Positions 61,299 to 64,000 of a stretch of DNA of 64,000 bases are shown here, piece after piece. The DNA is taken from contig NIVC01001289.1 of NCBI GenBank assembly GCA_002269645.1, forward strand, positions 1 through 64,000, read 5' to 3'. Numbering within the stretch: position 1 is the first letter of the stretch; each line of letters opens with the position of its first letter. A program made the position numbers and the translations under genes. Source of the DNA: Macrostomum lignano. Lineage: Eukaryota. Below the pieces are notes generated by a model. That model had not been told where the DNA came from. It saw only the letters and a program-made list of their open reading frames with translations, and searched no databases.

Positions 61299-63983
61299 TC
61301 AGTGATGTCTTGGTTGGGCGAATAGGACACCATGATAGGCTAAGCCATTCAGCTCCATTGAGACTGTCACTGGGGCGTCCTGCGGCGGGCGGCCTGCAAT
61401 TAAGATATTATTAATAAAGCGTTTTTTATGATGACTTTGTACGACAAATGTGAGGCGAAAATTTGATGGGTGCTGACAGGGACTACTCAAACATGTTTGA
61501 GTAGTCCCTGGGTGCTGAAGGATGAAGGGTGAATTTGAAGAGTGCCAGTGCGGCTCAAATTTTTGTGTCAGTGAGGCTCTAATTTGTGTCAGTGCGGCTC
61601 TAATTTGTGTCAGTGCGGCTCTAATTTGTGTTAGTGCAGCTTTGATCTGTGTGTCAGTGCGGCTCTGATCTGTGTGTCAGTGCGGCTCTGATCTGTGTGT
61701 CAGTGCGGCTCTGATCTGTGTGTCAGTGCGGCTCTGATCTGTGTGTCAGTGCAGCTCTGATCTGTGTGTCAGTGCGGCTCTGATCTGTGTGTCAGTGCGG
61801 CTCTGATCTGTGTGTGTCAGTGCGGCTCTAATTTGTGTCAGTGCGGCTCTGATCTGTGTGTCAGTGCGGCTCTGATCTGTGTGTCAGTGCGGCTCTGATC
61901 TGTGTGTCAGTGCGGCTCTGATCTGTGTGTGTCAGTGCGGCTCTAATGTGTGTGTCAGTGCGGCTCCAAACAGAAGGGGAACTTCAAGTAAAGACATGAG
62001 AAAGTCGTCCTCCGAAAACTGAAGCAAAAATATAAGCATATTTTTACCTGCTCCAACTCCGTGATGGCCAGCGATTTTAATTCCAGTCGCTGCACTTTGA
62101 GCCGATTGGCCCATCAAAGGTGGGGGCAGCTGAGGCTGCTGCTGCTGATGCAGCGTAGAAAATGCTGGCGGTGGCGGCAGTGTGAATCCTGGACTGCCGT
62201 TGCTTAGTAACCGTCCGGCTTGACTCTGCGATCGGCCGCTGTTGCTGCTACTGCCATTGTTATTAGTTCCCGTGTCATTTCCAGCAGTTCCGTGTTGTTG
62301 CTGTTTTTGATTCTGTCCAGAGCTTAATCCATTGGCTAATCGCTTATTGGCAGCAACTGGCTCTGTTGACTCTTGCTGCTCCTGCTGCTGACTGTGATGT
62401 CGGCGCTTTAAAGATTGTGACAATGCTGTCTCGACCGCGTCTTTTGAGCTGCTGCACGCAGCTGGCCCGACTGATGGCGGAGTCATTGGCTGCTGGTGCG
62501 GAGGCTGCGACGGCTGGCGTAGTGGCGGCAGCGGCGGCGGTAACGGCGGCGGCAGCGGCGGCATAGACTGTGACTGGTGCATCGGGTGATGATGCAACAA
62601 CGGGTGATGATGTGGAAAATGGTGCCCAGCCTGGTGCATCAACGGTGGAGTCGGCAGATTCGGGAAGTCGCAGTCTGTATGAGCAGGGTGTTTTTAGTGT
62701 GTACCAGCTTGAGTCTGCATCAACATGATAATGCGATCTCTGGATTTGATTCGAATTAATCTGGGCCTCGTGCACGAAAACTTACCTAAGGCTTTTCACG
62801 CAATTTACGCCTATGCGATGAAAAAAATCAGAGCCACTGTAGACCATGTGAGAGTTCATGTCTGCGTACGTATCCGTGTGCCTGTTCATTTGGGTACTGC
62901 CGCTAATCAAGGCGTTAGTGAAACCGCAGCCGGTGAGGACCCTTAAGCACTCAAACACACATGGATACGTAGTACACATGTACGAGATGCACTCCTACTG
63001 GGGATACTGACTCTGACTTTCTCTTCCACATGCATGCCCGACGTTGCGACGCTCCTAAGCTACCGCAGACACTCCTAAGCTACCACGGACACTCCCAAGC
63101 TACCACAGACACTACTAAGCTACCACAGACACTCCTAAGCTACCACAGACACTCCTAAGCTACCACAGACACTACTAAGCTACCACAGACACTCCTAAGC
63201 TACCGCAGACACTCCTAAGCTACCACAGACACTCCTAAGCTACCACAGACACTCCTAGGCTACCACAGACACTCCTAGGCTACCACAGACACTCCTAAGC
63301 TACCGCAGACACTCCTAAGCTACCACAGACACTCCTAAGCTACCGCAGACACTCCTAAGCTACCGCAGACACTCCTAAGCTACCGCAGACACTCCTAAGC
63401 TACCGCAGACACTCCTAAGCTACCGCAGACACTTTTAAGCTACCACAGACGCTTGGCAGGCGGCATTAATAAGTCGTTATAAATGTCTCCATTGAAACTC
63501 AAGCGATTCTCTAGCGACTCGCGCGACTTTTTAACAACCCCAACAACTATAAAACGACTGAAAAATGACTGCAGTGTAAAGTAACGATTGTGCCACTGAT
63601 TTGTAGATTCATAAAGATTAGTAGTAGTGCTCTCGTAGGCGCTAATTAAAAATCACAAGGCATCTCGCACCCAGGTACTTTGCGCATTAGTTCTGGTTTT
63701 GAAACTTCAAGAACTCTCCCCAGGCCAATCTAACTCACCGCTGATAGATTTCCCCAGTCCCAGCAGTGGACCCTGATGGTATCCGAGCAGCGGGGGCAGC
63801 CGACCCATGGCTGCCGCGGCCGCAGCTGCTGCAGCAGCGGCAGCGGCACTGGAGGGGCAGTCAAATCCGGGATAGCCAGGTCGGCGACCTTCGCGACGAT
63901 TTCCATCGATGGCGGCTTGCAGTTCGCCCGGCGAGCTCAGCTTGAGCTTGTCGCACTCGTACGGGTAGAGGTACTTCATGTAC
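61299..63983 (-). CDS. ARID3: ARID3/Bright/dead-ringer transcription factor, last three exons (5' part lies beyond the window)
   Basis: Exons 63739-63983, 62048-62674, 61299-61393 are phase-consistent; end of the extended ARID domain YMKYLYPYEC..LSSPGELQAAIDGNRREGRR and REKLES-beta-type VSMELNGLAYHGVLFAQP. Confidence 0.93.
61548..61967. repeat. 21/23-bp minisatellite gtcagtgcggctctgatctgtgt
   Basis: About 18 units in the last ARID3 intron. Confidence 0.95.
63051..63451. repeat. 20-bp minisatellite actcctaagctaccacagac
   Basis: About 20 units, cac/cgc variants, in an ARID3 intron. Confidence 0.96.
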
Positions 63984-64000
63984 CTTTGATTGTTGGTTGG

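Overview
Eukaryotic (metazoan, invertebrate) genomic DNA with GT-AG introns and a very high load of short-unit tandem repeats; the style suggests a free-living flatworm such as Macrostomum, but that is inference. Five protein-coding loci can be built by hand. (1) A 27-exon, ~2340-aa CCDC162/DUF4549-like coiled-coil gene (+, 2007-26468) carrying two apparent 1-nt deletions. (2) An intronless rhodopsin-class peptide GPCR (-, 30246-31694). (3) An intronless neprilysin/M13 peptidase (-, 44995-47373) whose third zinc ligand is Asn instead of Glu. (4) An 8-exon NSUN7 (-, 52262-59142) whose motif-VI catalytic Cys is Arg. (5) The 3' part of an ARID3/dead-ringer gene (-, 61299 to beyond the window end). 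Non-coding space holds two differently deleted IS630/Tc1-type elements, several MITE/foldback elements, two tRNA-headed SINE families (one CORE-like), and about 20 tandem arrays, mostly a different unit in each intron. The most unusual structure is a 5.7-kb GAG-NNG hexamer array whose variation is codon-structured and which sits between coding-like acidic flanks. No CRISPR array, rRNA or intact tRNA gene was seen.
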